Assembly (NCBI GenBank): GCA_964016885.1
Contig: OZ024742.1
Location: 40,672,001 to 40,736,000, forward strand
Direction of reading: 5' to 3'
DNA length: 64,000 nt
From: Eledone cirrhosa
Lineage: Eukaryota
The notes under the pieces are model-generated. The model ran no database searches. It was not told the DNA's origin and saw only the letters and a program-made list of their open reading frames with translations. A program made the translations under genes and the position numbers. The stretch's first letter is position 1, and every line of letters starts with the position of its first letter. Shown here piece after piece: positions 1 to 14,135 of this stretch.

Positions 1-686
1 TTATACCTCTTTTTTGGTTTATGTGGCGGTCGTTTTCCTTTAACCAACTCTCCATAGAAGAGTTGTTTTGGTATTCTAGAATCCTTCATCCTGGCAAGGT
101 GACCACTCCAACGGAGTCGTTGCTTAAGCATAAGAGCTTCTATACTGTCACACATAGAGCTTTCCAAAATCTCGACATCACTGATGTGGTCCCTCCAGTG
201 AACGCCGTGGATCCGTCTGAGACACATCTGATGGAAACGCTCCAATTGCTTAAAGTGGTGTCGATATGTGACCCAGGTCTCGCAGGCATAAAGAAGACAA
301 GAGAGTACACATGCCCTGTACACCTTTACCTTTGTCCTCCTGCATATGTCTCGCCGACCCCAGAGTCGCCTTTCTAGCTTTCCGAAAGCATCACTTGCTT
401 TCCTAATCCTAAGTGAGATTTCACTGTCAAGGTTGCCGTATCGATTGACAGTGCTTCCCAGGTAGACAAACTGATCAACCACTCCAAGTCGTTTGCCATA
501 CATATAGATGTTTGGTTCAGTGTACTTCTTACTAGGGGCAGGTTGGTACATGACGACGGTTTTCTTGAGACTGACAGTCAAACCCAGGGCAGTGCAAGCG
601 TCAGAAAATGCATTCAAAATGTGCTGCATATCACTCTCTGTGTACGCTACAAGATCGCAATCATCTGCATACAAGAGGTCTCTTAT
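1..686 (-). mobile_element. RTE-clade LINE, RT C-terminal part (runs off the window start)
   Basis: Minus-strand translation gives IRDLLYADDCDL (YADD at 660-671), FVYLGS, LLYACETW and QRLRWSGHLARMKDSRIPKQLFYGEL, which are typical RTE/BovB-like RT and C-terminal motifs. Confidence 0.9.
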
Positions 687-888
687 GCTGGACGCGGCAC
701 TACTGATATGATCTTCTCAGCCAGACAGCTCCAGGAGAAGTGCATTGAACAAGGCTTGGATCTGTATCAGGTTTTTGTCGATCTGACAAAGGCTTTCGAT
801 ACTGTCAACAGAGATGCATTATGGAAGGTTCTCCAGAAACTTGGTTGCCCTGATAAGTTCTTTGCTTTAGTTAGGTCTTTCCATGACG

Positions 889-889
<1 letters not shown>
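687..889 (+). mobile_element. Inverted upstream segment of the same RTE LINE (RT N-terminal motifs)
   Basis: AGRGTTDMIFSARQLQEKC...FVDLTKAFDTVNR...FHDD in ORF 543-1160; ends in (CATA)n. Confidence 0.85.
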
Positions 890-919
<30 letters not shown>

Positions 920-1343
920 CACATACATACATACATACACACATACACACATACATATATACACACATGCATACATACACACACTCATACACACACACAC
1001 ACACTCATACGCACATACGCACTCATACACACATGTACACATGCACACTCATACACACACACTCATACTAGAAATTATATACCACGTGGTAACTGAATCA
1101 AGTGAGGATTCAAATTGCTTCGGTGTTAGTTCGATATACCGCCATAAATACATATTCTAAAATATATCATATTTTCATTGTTATGGATTAGCAGTAACGG
1201 TAGAGGGTCGGCAAAGAATATTTCTAGGGCCTCAGCAGCGCATCAGGAGTTTTAGGTATGTTTTCCTGCTAGGTACGGGTATGTTCTTTGTAGAAATATT
1301 CAGATGTTGTTTCTGCATGATACACACACTCACACACACACAC

Positions 1344-1426
<83 letters not shown>

Positions 1427-1809
1427 GCAACGAAAGACTTATCCATTTAAAGCCCGAATAAAACAATTAAATGCACAATATCAGATTTATTTAATCATTA
1501 ATGAAGTCACCATTCTCCTCTATGACCTCTCATCATCTGTCATTAAGCTTTTTAATGCCACGTTCTTTAGATTTTGAACTAAAAATAAAACTAACTCATT
1601 TCGACTTCTTCTCTTGAAGTACAAACTTCTAAAGAGATAGTAATCTGTTGGTACGATATTCCGGGGAATATTGGGGGTGAAGCTTAATTTCTCAGACATA
1701 TCTTTTTATGGGACTTTTGGTCTTTTGCGTCGTGTGAGGTCTGGCATTACCATGATGAATGGTGACTCTTTTTTTCTGTGTGTTAATGATGGGCGTTTTT
1801 GCTGCAAAG

Positions 1810-2595
1810 CTGCTTTCAAAGGTCTTAACTGTATGCAATAGACTTCGTCTGTTATTGTTTAATTATCGCCTCGCAGTTCGTGATCAATTATTCCCTGCAT
1901 ATCCCATCAAACACTCAGAAGAATCTTCCTTGGATGCAGGCCGCTTCTGGGCTGCTGAGCTGGATCTTCACCATGATGTTTTCACTTGTCATCTCCAGTA
2001 ATGACTGCTTAAATGTGACATTTGCAGCTCATATGAACGCAGTGATACACAACAGTCAACATGTTGTTTGTGATTGTCTCCAGAAAGATCATGCGTAATC
2101 TGTGACACTTTACCAAGCGTTTTTTTAAATTCACGATGAATGGTACGATAGCTTACATTGACGTCCTAGCTTAGGGACCGAACTGTAACGGTCGGGTTTG
2201 CATCAATAGCGGCTTCCAATGCATCATACTCCTGCCCTTTTGAACACCCTTTTCTTAGTTCGTCCTGTAGGCTGTAGTTCCCATTTCTGAATCGTGAAAA
2301 CCATCTCCAGCATGTTCTTTCGGTCACTACGCCATCTCTATAAGTGTTTGAGAGTGATTATGCTATTGCACTTTTACTATAAGGTTTTTGAAATTCATAA
2401 AAAATAATATGTCGAATGTGTTCTTTACTTGGAGTGAACGTGGTGCCAATACAACAGCTTCAGTAAAGATAGATTTGACAAAATCTGAAAGAAAATAGAA
2501 TATATTAGTGATTTTGGCATATTCCAAATATAGAAGTTAGACGCCTTTAAATCTAACTCGAGATTTGCTTTACAAAAACGGACAGTACTTTGCCA

Positions 2596-2600
<5 letters not shown>
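1810..2600 (-). mobile_element. Decayed mariner transposase, 5' half
   Basis: Minus strand reads EHIRHIIFYEF, LGKVS...HDL, TGDDK and GLHPRKILLSV*WD..GII with frameshifts; TIR-like end next to (TA)n at about 2600. Confidence 0.7.
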
Positions 2601-2661
<61 letters not shown>

Positions 2662-3469
2662 TATATACAGAGTGTCACAAAAAATGTATACGCACTTCAA
2701 CAGCATTCTAATAAATATTGCTTATACAGGTAATCAAAGAGTGTATACATTTTGGGGGGACAGATAGATAGATTGATGTGAGAGAGAGGGGGAGAGAGAG
2801 ACATATGTGTGAGAAATAGACAGATGATTGGCTCGAGATTTTCATCAATGTGATAGTCATGATTCTGCTCAGACGTGTGGACTCAATCGAAACATTTACA
2901 CACACACATGAAATGAAATTTTATACCTTGCTTACACGTATTGAGTGCTCATTTGGTAGCTAATGTTTGACTTTTCTATGCACGCGCGTACATATACTCA
3001 CCTTAATATGTGTATATATATATATATGTGTGCGTGTGGTGTGTGTGTGGTGTGTGTATGTGTTACTATTATTATCATTATTATTATTATGTAAATCGTT
3101 TCGATGGGAAATGGGTAATCAATCAAAAATCCTTGTTTATTAATTTCTTATTTTACTATCGACTTTCAAGAAACTAACAGTTTCATAGTCTTTGCTGAAA
3201 AATAGTACGTATTTTCCAGTATCAGAAGTTGTGTATGCTTTGTCATCACTAATCTTCAGCTAGAAATAGCAGCCATCTCTTCTTCGAATCACAACTTACT
3301 GTTTTATAATGGGGCTGTCTTAGAGACATTAATTATAGGGAAAAAATAAAAGATGGGATGATTTCTACAGGAATACATTTGGTTATATGCCCCTTCAATC
3401 GTGTGTGGGTTGAACCTCTATCAATTCTGACAACGAGTATTTCAGTCGTTTGAAAAACGAAACAACCTG

Positions 3470-3730
3470 CTCGGAAAATTAACGTGCAAGTAGCTGAGCA
3501 TTCCACAGACACGTGCTCCTTACCTTTAATGTAGTTCTTAGAGAAATTATGCAACACAATGAGTGACAAATCTAGCTTTTCGAATTATATGTATAACTCA
3601 TTTTTCCAGCTTAGTGTAATGGAGGAAATGAAATAAAATGTCTTGCTCAAGGACACAACACATTGCCAGGAATCGAACACACAACCTTACGATCGTGAGC
3701 CAAACACCCTAACCATGTACCTCCACTACT
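3470..3730 (-). mobile_element. tRNA-derived SINE, family B (related copies at about 7390-7660 -, 13250-13530 +, 18475-18770 +, 49850-50110 -)
   Basis: Shared motif gtcttgctcaaggacacaac...ggaatcgaac (B-box-like on the minus strand) repeated across the window. Confidence 0.7.
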
Positions 3731-4037
3731 CAATCATAGCTGACTTGGGGTTTAAACAACAAATATATGTTTAAAACATAAAATAATCTTTGATGCACTG
3801 ATTTTGTTAGACATCCATACTGAGTTGCCGTATCAGTAAGTTCTTAACAGTTCTCCAGCTAATGGCAATGTGTAAATTAATATAACTTTGTGTAGCTGGT
3901 ACACATCTCAAAATAGCTATCAGCTGTTTATTCTTGGCAAATCAATGACCGATATTAAAATCTGATTAGTTCTTTATTTTAATCTATTTATTTTTTGGTC
4001 AGAAAGTACACTACGACCAGAGTCATAAGTATATCAT

Positions 4038-4091
<54 letters not shown>

Positions 4092-4400
4092 ACATGGCGT
4101 ATCACATAAAGGAATATATAAATAACAAGGCGCATGAAAATATATATATATATATATATATTTATATTCATTTATGTGATGCGCCTTGTTACTCTGGAGT
4201 TTCACCTACTCACTCACAAGACCAAATATATATATATGTGTGTTGGTTAGTTACCGACACTTCAATATGCAGGGAAGAGCACTCAACGAAGTGCGGAGGT
4301 GAGTCTATTTATTCCGGACTAACATAAAAACAAGACGTGTAAGTCAACAGATTAAAATTAACTTCGTTTATTCATATTCGCTGTTATATATATTTCGGTG

Positions 4401-4498
<98 letters not shown>

Positions 4499-4648
4499 AA
4501 TGCCTTTTCTGTAAAATTTCGTTGCCAGAAACTATGTGGAAGACCATCCTACACACACTGCGATGAGACTTCCTTAACCATTCGACCATGCTGGGTTCAC
4601 TGAGACGTAATACAGGTCAAGGGAATAATTCTTTCAAACTTGTGTACG

Positions 4649-4843
4649 CAGACCTGCCAACCGCTAAAAACCCATACGGGGAGTACCATGAAAAAAATTG
4701 TCCCCAAACGGGGAGAAATGAGGCAAAATGTGAAGATTTTACATAATGAAAGCTATGCACATTTTCACAAGAGAAGACATACCTCACCCACCCCAAAGTG
4801 GGTGGGAGATCTCCCCGTCGGACGGGGTGAGTTGGCGAGCCTG
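4649..4843. mobile_element. ~195-bp MITE, copy 1
   Basis: TIRs CAGACCTGCCAAC / GTTGGCGAGCCTG; interior nearly identical to 16670-16863. Confidence 0.75.
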
Positions 4844-5748
4844 ATAGAGTGGGAAATATATATATAGATGTAGTTTAGGCCCGGCAAAAGCTTTCAGCAG
4901 GGAAGGTTCATTGGAAGGTCCTATCTCGCCTTTGAAGCATAGCAGGCATTTTGAATTTACGAGTTCATGTAAATGATAAAGAAAACATAATTTCAATTAT
5001 ATCCACTTTTTACTTCGTTGCAACATCTTCGGTATCTCTAAATCGGGCACAAAATAAAATACATTTCTCTTCCTTTAGAACTCCAAACGCACCTACAAAG
5101 TTATAGCATGTCATCAACCTTTCGTTGACCTGGCGAGAAGTGATATTTATACAGAGTTGGGAGTCGAGTGTTTCAGAGAGTTAATTTGAGTAGTCGGTAG
5201 GTGAACACAGATCTTGTGAATAGATTAGCGCTATACAATGAAGTCAGTTCTTAAAGCTGTATTGTTTTTATCTGACCTTTAGATATTTTAGTAGAAAAGA
5301 TATATGGGGACAGAAAATATCACAGGTGTTTAATATGTCATATATATATGTATATATATATATATAAATATATATAAATATATATAGTAATAATAATAAA
5401 TATGAAGACTAAAATCCAAAGATGGTTCGATTCTTTGCTTAAACTTTAATCTGTTATTTTAATAAATAAATATATATATATATATTATTAAAATATTGGA
5501 TGCCATATTCAATTAGTTCAGGTTTATTTAAAATTCCGTTATACATTTTTCACTGAAGAATATCAGTTTAGATAGCCTGAGCTTTTCACACGGCAAAACC
5601 TGAAATAAATATTGAAAGATCCTAATAAACCTTTAAATTCGGAAAAGTTCAATAATTTCCGTGAAAAAGATTTTCTTTTCATGATACAGGGGGTTGGCCG
5701 AACGGGTGGCGTTGTTTCTTGGACATCCGGCCTCTGTATCATACATAT

Positions 5749-5837
5749 GTTAGGTTTTTCCGTCTGAAAGGCTCAGACTATCTAAACTGATAGTCCTCAG
5801 TGAAATATGTATAACGGAGTTTTAAATAAATCTGAAC
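5749..5837 (+). ncRNA. Degenerate type-I hammerhead ribozyme in the right arm of inverted repeat 5488-5870
   Basis: TTCCGT-CTGAAAG-helix II (GCT/AGT plus GACTATC/GATAGTC)-GAA-A-TATGTA-T-A-ACGGAG; distal helix I TTAGGTTT/AAATCTGA; core is non-canonical (A8, G9). Confidence 0.5.
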
Positions 5838-6221
5838 TAACTGCAAATGGCCTCCGATCTTTTATTCATATATAATGCTCCGTTTGCACCATTTATACAG
5901 GTCGTTGAGCACTTCTTTCTATCTGCTTCACAAACGACAGACCATAATGTGATCAGCACATCCCTGTTCTGTTAACCCATACTCTCTCTCTATATATATA
6001 TATATACACAGAGATATCGACGGTAAGTTGTGGGGTCTAGTCTGCATGAAGTACTCAATGTAATCCATATGTTGAAAATGTTGCAGGTTAAAATAAATCC
6101 CGGAAAACAATAAAACATTAAAAGGAAAACAGAATCATGATATAAGTTAAAACAATGAAATAAAAAATCAAGTCATTAGAAATATACTTCATATATATAT
6201 ATATATATATATATATACTAC

Positions 6222-6256
<35 letters not shown>

Positions 6257-6373
6257 ATCTGGATGCGGCCCGGCCCTCTTAGAGTGTAAGAAGCTAAGGG
6301 CCAAAACATTCGCTTGATGTGGGGTTTCTTCTCTGAAGACCTTCTGGTGTCTAGCTCTCCTGAGAGTTTCTTA

Positions 6374-6449
<76 letters not shown>

Positions 6450-6705
6450 CTATTGAATTACTTTAATTACGTATATGGTATGGTGTGGAATGGTTCCGTT
6501 ACTCCTGGTACATTCATAGGTGCGCCATATTGACATTCAGCATTTCTAGGGCATTTTAAGCCTAGCTAAGCCCATCCCTCTCCAGGCCTGAGTACAGCAG
6601 ATGTCTCCCAGAGAAGGATACACAATGAGAGGGGAAGTGAGAAAGTGATATAGAGGCAGAAACGACTTCAGCTCTAGACTGGTACTTTTTATTATTGACC
6701 TCGAG

Positions 6706-6920
6706 GGCGGTGGATTGGCAGTATCGGTAGAGGGTCGGACGCCATGCTTTGCAGCATAGAGTTACAGCCCTTTATGATCTGAGTTCAAATCCCGCCGAGG
6801 TTAACTTTGACTTTCATCCTAATGGGGTCGATAAAATAAATTACCAGTCACGCACTGGGGTCGATTTAATCGACTTTCCCCTCCCTCCAAAAATGCTGAC
6901 CTTGTGCCTATATAAGGAAC
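6706..6920 (+). mobile_element. tRNA-derived SINE, family A (other copies at about 9615-9820, 9848-9950, 12610-12715, 18007-18150, 18825-19000, 19935-20150 -, 23533-23715, 28220-28400 -, 35654-35840 -)
   Basis: ggcggtggattggcagtatcggtagag (A-box-like)...gagttcaaatccc (B-box)...ggggtcgataaaataaagtaccag...ccttgtgcc; many near-identical copies. Confidence 0.85.
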
Positions 6921-7126
6921 CGTTATTGACCTCGAAAGAATGAAAGGCAAAGTTGACCTCGTTCTAACAACTCTGCCAATTCACCGACTACAATTACGTA
7001 CATACAATACGAAAAATAAATCGAATAAATTTAACAAATGACTGAGACTACCAATGGGATATTTCACTCATTTATAATTTAAGGATAAACGAAATTTTTT
7101 TGTGAAACTAATTTCTCTCTCTCTCT

Positions 7127-7195
<69 letters not shown>

Positions 7196-10100
7196 CATTA
7201 AGACGTGTGAGAATAGAAAAAGAGATTTCGACGTCGCTTTCACTACCAACACCACCGCTCACTTACTTTACCATCCCATTTCCGCTGCTTGATTGACGAA
7301 ATTCCTCTTTTAGTTCTCTCTCTCTCACACACACTTGCCATTCTCTTTCCATACTCTTCCTTAAAGACGACGTGAGACAGAACGCTCCGCTCGTGAGATT
7401 AACGAACACGTGATTGGGCGTTCCATAACTGACATGTGTATTCTGAACGTAATTCTCAAGGACATTCAGGGTGAGATACTGTAGGACAAGGCTGGATTTT
7501 GTTTAATTTCAGATACAACTCATTTTTACCAACTGGTCGGACTGGAGCAGCGTGGAACAACGTATCCTGCACAAAGGCGCAACAAACTGCCGGGAATCGA
7601 ATTCATGACCATACAATACAATAATGTGCAGAACACCGTAATAACTAAGCCTCACCCCTCCACACTGTTAATAGTTAAACTAAAAGTAAATATACAAGTT
7701 TTAGTGTTCTTAAATAACTAAAATGACTCTTGTTATAGGTTTACCATCAATAAGTGTTTATTTTAGTCAAACGATTTTAGCCTTTTTTTCTTTTTCCTTC
7801 TTGGAAATGAAACTAAAAGCTTTCCGTTCGAGCTCGTATAATGGTAAATATAAGCAAAAAATAGAACTAACATATTCGATTTTCGCTTCATAATTTGGAC
7901 ATTTTGATGCAATTCAAATTCAAATGGAAATCGAAGAAAAGGAAATTCAGTAACTGTAAGGAAAATTTATTCTGAAACTAAAATTGAACCATACCAATAA
8001 CTATTGATATATTAGAAATCAATATTTATCGATATGAGTACACCAGTAAAATAATTATATACTAATAATGGGCATACACGGCTGTTATCAGAAATTTACA
8101 GATGATTTACGAACTGCTGAAATTATGTTGTTTCTATATAAGTTAGTCTTAAGAGACGAAGTAAGGCCGATGACTATTGCAGGAACTCCAAGACTTGTGA
8201 TTTGATCAACCCTAATAAATATCTGATACTTTGTTTATTAACCCCGGAAAGACAACAGCTCTTCAACACGGACACGCATTCTAATAGAAATATGGATTCT
8301 TAGATGTCTATAAACGAAAAAGAAAATACAGGGTAGTCACGACTAGAATATCTTAACTCATATGTGTACCGAATAAAGGTTAACTTGTACTTAACCTTTT
8401 AGCATTCACATTACTCTATATATACTATTATATTTTCATGGTAAAGGCTTTACCTCACATATCTCACATAATATCGAATCTATGAGATTTTGAAAGTATT
8501 TATTTTAAGAACAATACCTTAACATCAGTTTGAGCGACCAGTTACAGCCAGTTTCAATAAAAGAGGTAGAGAATTCTGGCCGGTTTTGGCCTGTTTGAAC
8601 ACTAAAGGGTTAATCAGCAACAATAAGAACAGCAGAAGGCTGAAAGCGAACATTGACATCAGTGGGATTTGAACTCACAACAAAAGTGAAATTAAATGCT
8701 GTATGATATTTCACCTGTTCCTTTATTCTGCCACTCTACATATTTTTAAAGAAGATAACATATCATATGCAGACATCCTAAATACTAATTATAACAACAT
8801 ATATAGGCGGTGAAGTGATAGAGTTGTTAGAAAGTCGGATAGAATGGTTTGCGGTATTCGTTCTCTGAGTTCAAATAACACCAACGCCAGCTTCACCTTT
8901 CATTTTTTCGAGGCTGATAAAATAAAGCACCAGTTCAATCCTCAGGTCGATTCTTTCTTTTTTTCACTTCTTTTCTATTTCTATTTCACTGGAAGAGATC
9001 TGCTGTTTTCCAACCTGAAGGGGGTGGTTTCTATCAGATTTAAATGCCCAAGACACACTACATATCATAATAACACCCCTACAACTCCCACAACAGTTAA
9101 GAGACTATTGCCATAGCATTGTTGCAACATATCATACGCAGACATCCTATGTACTAATTATGTGTAACAACATATGAAATGCATTAATCCTACATATTCT
9201 GATTATTTAAAACAACATTTTCACACAAAAGAGCGTCATTGTTATTACGTTTAATCATGTAAAATTTATTTCTTAAAAGATAAGAATATATTAAAAGTTA
9301 AGACAAATAAAACGTACAAAGTTTACTCTCAAACACTACAGACATAGCACAGAAGTTTTACTTATAATTAAACACAAACTGATATTCAGTAGACAATTAT
9401 CGAGTTCAATAAAATACTTAGATCTTTTCAAGTAATTAATTACTTTAATTACTCTTTCTTTTAATAGCTTCTTTCAATGAGAATTGTCTACGTTGTCTTG
9501 CACCTAGCTACGCTTTCAAAACTGATTCTTTATTATATGTGTTTAAGATTCGAATTGGGCCGATTAATCGGCATAGAATCGATATCGGTATCGACTTTTT
9601 GCCGTTGTTGTTTTTGGATTGGCAGAATCGGTAGAGCGTCGAACACCCTGCTTTGTAGCATAGAGTTACGGCCCTTTACACTCTGAGTTCAAATCGCGCC
9701 GAGGTTAGCTTTGCCTTTCATCCTTATGGGATCAATAAAATAAAGTACCAGTAATGCACTGGGGTCGATTTACTTGACTTTCAACCCCGCCCTCCAAAAC
9801 AAAAATTGCTGGTCTTGTGCCTAAATAAAAAAAAAATCATTATTATTGCCGAGGTTAACTTTGCCTTTCATCCTTATGGGATCGATAAAATAAATTACCA
9901 GTAATACACTGAGACAATTGCTGGCTTTGTGCCAAAAGTAGAAACAATTATTATTGATAGTCACATATACTGGAGCAAGAAACCCATTGGTGACAAAGAA
10001 GTTAGGAAAACACATTGGAGTCCATATGTAGAAATACAAGAGGAATATATATTATTTCTTAGAACATACAATCTAAGCCTGACAGTGTACTATAACTCTG

Positions 10101-11859
10101 TTCTTAGTTCTAGACCGCACTGGTCTATTGAACTGGAAATAACATAGGACTGTCCAGGGGGTGTAACTCCAAGTAGGTTAGATGATGTCAAAATAGAAAA
10201 GAAAATCTCTTCTCCAACTGAGAAGATATGTGTTTAATTGGTCTTTGAAAATGGAATTAATTTTAACAATATATAACTTCCGATTACATTACACTCAGAC
10301 TACACATGTCGGAGTTACAGTTGCTCAAAGATTAATATATTACTTACAATTAATTATAATATACATTTTCATAGGACAATATATAATCATATTATAGATA
10401 ATCGGCGACCGATTAATCGACAGTTGGTATGGACCAATTTGCTATTTCAGTCTTTTGTGGTTTATTTTATTTTATTTTATTTCATTGTTCGTAGTTCTTC
10501 TTTTTTATTTTTACCTTTTCATTTGTTTCGTCGAAAATCCCGCATTGAAATACTCTATAACATGAATGAATGAGTATGTGTTTGTATATGTGGATTGGTA
10601 AATAAATATATACATATATACTAAGTCTAAACATAATAGAATCAAATTCCCATTGCCACTGCCTCCATTCTCTCTCACTCTCCCCATATTTCATTATTAT
10701 AAGCAAATGGGAGTCCACGCGCTGGAGGGAGACGTGTTAGATGCATCTCTAGTTAAGATTGTTTGAGGAAAACTGTTACAAAACATATTGGAAATAAAAC
10801 AGTGAAAACTAGATAATGGTAAAGTAAGAAGAAAAACAGTTTACACTTTTAACTTATATTTCATAAAATTTTAAAGTTAAAACTTTAGTTTTCAAAAGGA
10901 AAGAATCAAAGTGTAGCGTTGACAGTGAAGGCGTCTCAATCTCTAAATATTAAGATAAAAGATTAAATTAATGCTTTGTTTTCTCTACTCTAGCTTTCAC
11001 TCTTGTGTTTACAATTTGTATCGTACTGGCTTTACCAAACATTTTTTATTGCATATCCCACTTATCTTCTTATAAATTATGCCAACAAGTCAACTATAAT
11101 AGTGAAGATACGTGTCTTAGGGATTAAGGTGTTCGTCTCATGATCGTAACGTTGTGAGTTCGATTTCCAGCGATATATAATTCCTAAGGCAAACGTCTTT
11201 TTTCCCCTAGCTTCGGGTTCATTCAATCCTTCTTAGTGAGATTGATTAAATGAAAACTGTGGATGGATTATATCAGTAAATTTAATGTTCGGTGTTAAAT
11301 ATTTTGTTATGTTAAATTGGCCTGAAAAATAGATTGTTCGGTTGGTCGAACAATTGAATACTCAACATTAAAGCCGACGAAGCATATATCATCATATACT
11401 ATACACACACACACACACACACTTGAGACTTTTATTAGAGACTTTTCTTTAACTCAAATCAACACAAAACTCTAATCTCCCTCAAAGTAGGATCTTCCAA
11501 CTTCAATGCACTTATTGTAGCGCTCCAGCCACTTCAGGAAGTCCCCCTTATAGTCCTCCAAAGTGAAGGTGTCCAGGGCGCTTATCACAGCCTCCTTCAT
11601 CTTGACGAGTTCATAGATTTCTACAGCGCTTTTGCCGAGCTTAACACTTTATTGAATATCGCACCTCCAAGTTGTCCTCACGTCTCGACTGCATTGTAGA
11701 ACCAGTTAGCTGTAACAAGACTTGTATGGCGGATAGTGTTTAAAATGCTGTCACAAACCGAACCTTCAAGCTGGAAAAAAAGATTTGGCTTGTTAGCTTG
11801 TTATAACCGTATGAAAGATATATTAGAGTGACAGTTACGTAGTTCAATTAAAAGTGCCT

Positions 11860-11896
11860 GAAAAGAAAAGGTCTCAAAATGTCTTGGGTGTGCTTC

Positions 11897-11939
<43 letters not shown>

Positions 11940-12000
11940 ATATATTATATATATATATATATACGAAGTACACCCAAGAAGTTTTGAGACTTTTTCTTTT
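11860..12000. mobile_element. Two mariner-like terminal repeats back to back around (TA)n
   Basis: aaaaggtctcaaaatgtcttgggtgtgcttcg is an approximate reverse complement of tacgaagtacacccaagaagttttgagactttt. Confidence 0.4.
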
Positions 12001-12009
12001 ATATATATA

Positions 12010-12047
<38 letters not shown>

Positions 12048-12346
12048 TGTGAATGCATATGTATGTATTGTGTTATTTATTATGTAATTATATATATATA
12101 TTAGTAAAAGTAGAAGATGGACCACGAGCTCGGGGGTTTCGGTTTGTTACATCTTACCGAAGAGGTAACAAACCGAATCCACCTAAATCGCGATCGATCT
12201 TTTACGTTTACTAATATACCCACTCTACATCATTTCACGTATCGTGTATGGCTTTGATTTGTGGTTTTTCCGGTCCCAGTACCGCAAATATATATATATA
12301 TATATGGTTTAGTAAGAATATTTTCGAAACAGCGACCGAGTTTGAA

Positions 12347-12559
12347 ATTAGAAATATAAGCTATCGCCGTATTTTTTACTAAAGAAATTATTTAGCCTGA
12401 TAGTGGGGTTAAGAACCCTCGGAGAAATGGAAAAAGATGAGTATTGAACGTCAATACTCATTTTTTTCCATTTCTCCGACGGTTCTTAACCCCACTATCA
12501 GGCCAAATAATTTCTTTAATTTCTTTAGTCAAAATACGGCGATAGCTTATATTTCTAAT
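12347..12559. repeat. ~210-bp fold-back palindrome; same family as 29674-29878
   Basis: The arms are reverse complements around the apex gagtattga-acg-tcaatactc; flanked by TA runs. Confidence 0.9.
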
Positions 12560-12725
12560 ATATATGGTTTGTTTCTATTGGTTCAACAACTTGAGCACTC
12601 GATGCTACTCTGCCGAGGTTAATTTTGCCTTTCATCCTTACGGGGTCGATAAAATAAAGTACCAGTAACGCACTGTGGTAATTGCTGGCCTTGTGCCAAA
12701 AGTAAAAACAATTATTATTATTTTA

Positions 12726-12820
<95 letters not shown>

Positions 12821-13859
12821 CGTGATGTTGCCGATTATGCATGTTACAAAAATCTCTTCCTCTCCGTCCAAAGACAAAACCATGAAAATGGAGAGTTCGT
12901 GTATGTGTTAGTGTGTATATAATAGCAATAATGCAACCGACAGTGATATATGAGTTAGTAAGGCCATTCTTTACAGCCGAGAATGACGTTTCGCTCTGAA
13001 GAGACTCTGGATTTCACTCAATACGATGAGGCTGCCACATTTATAGGAGTATTGCTTGTCCATTTACATTACTAGCAGAACGTTCATTAAATCATTTTAA
13101 GGATCTAGTACATTTTAAAGATATATTACTGCAACTAACTTTTAAAGCCGTTAATTTCGTAGCCGTCACGTTCAACTAGTGCCTAATAGACAGTAAGTAG
13201 AATCGTTTGCAGAAATGAAACGCTAAGTGTATAGGTGAACACGAATGAAAACGCGCGTCTCAGTGGTTCAGCTGCCTGGTTCACGATCGTAGGGTCAACG
13301 CATTCTGCCCTTCAACTCGACACTATGTTTCACAAGGTTCCTGTTGACAAAACTAACAAAAGTAAGTTGTATCTGTAATTCAAAAAGCCAGTTACACACT
13401 GTATGACACTTAATCTCCCTGAGAACTACGTTAAATGGGCATATGTCTGTGGAATATTCAACCACTAGCTCATCAGTTTCACGAGCAGGTTGTTCCATGG
13501 TCCGATCAACTTGAACATTCGTAGACGGAGGTTCAACAACATGTGAACACGACTAAATTCATTCACCCATCAGCAAATCTAATTTCATGCGCTCCAATAA
13601 AACAACCCAAGTCATCGCTCAACGTACTAAAAATAGCACCCAAATATTTCCTCAAGTGACGTCCCACTTTCATAAATCTAGAAAAATACTTTAGATAATG
13701 CTGCATGTTCATTTCACGATCAATCTTTTCCGTTGTTCAAACAACTGGAGCACCCGTCGTTGGAACCCTTCCCGACAAGATGCATCACTGGTTTCATCGA
13801 AATTTACAGTTTCACTTTGATATAGTTTTAAATTGGGCACTAAGCAAATTTATATATGT

Positions 13860-14135
13860 GGCCTAATGATAACCACTAGGTTCTGGACTTACGATAGTTA
13901 TGTCGTGGGTTCGATTCTTTGGCAGGTGGCGTGTTGTGTTCTTAAATTCTTCTTTTCGCGTTGCTCCAATCCACTCAGCTGAAAATGAGTACCATCAATA
14001 ACTGGGAGTTATCCATGCGATGGACTGGTGTCCTGTCCAGGGAGGTGGGTCTTGTATTCTCAATTGCTTAACGCCAATGAAACCGGGATAAGCACCGGCC
14101 TGATGAGACCCTGTGCTTGGGATAGATTCTAACTT
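13860..14135 (+). mobile_element. tRNA-head SINE with V-domain-like core (second copy at about 62695-62950, minus strand)
   Basis: gtgggttcgattc head, then tgcgatggactggtgtcctgtccaggg...gaaaccgggataagcaccggcc. Confidence 0.6.

Noticed and set aside
6258-6312. CTGGATGC-GGCCC...GGGCC-AAAAC
   Set aside because: Too degenerate to call a ribozyme
6706-6800. tRNA gene
   Set aside because: A/B-box-like SINE head without a cloverleaf
12395-12430. CTGATAG-stem-GAGAAA as a hammerhead (also at about 29724)
   Set aside because: Core spacing is wrong and no helix I or cleavage triplet is found
14095-14130. CTGATGA followed by a small stem
   Set aside because: No downstream GAAA or helix I; it lies in a SINE body
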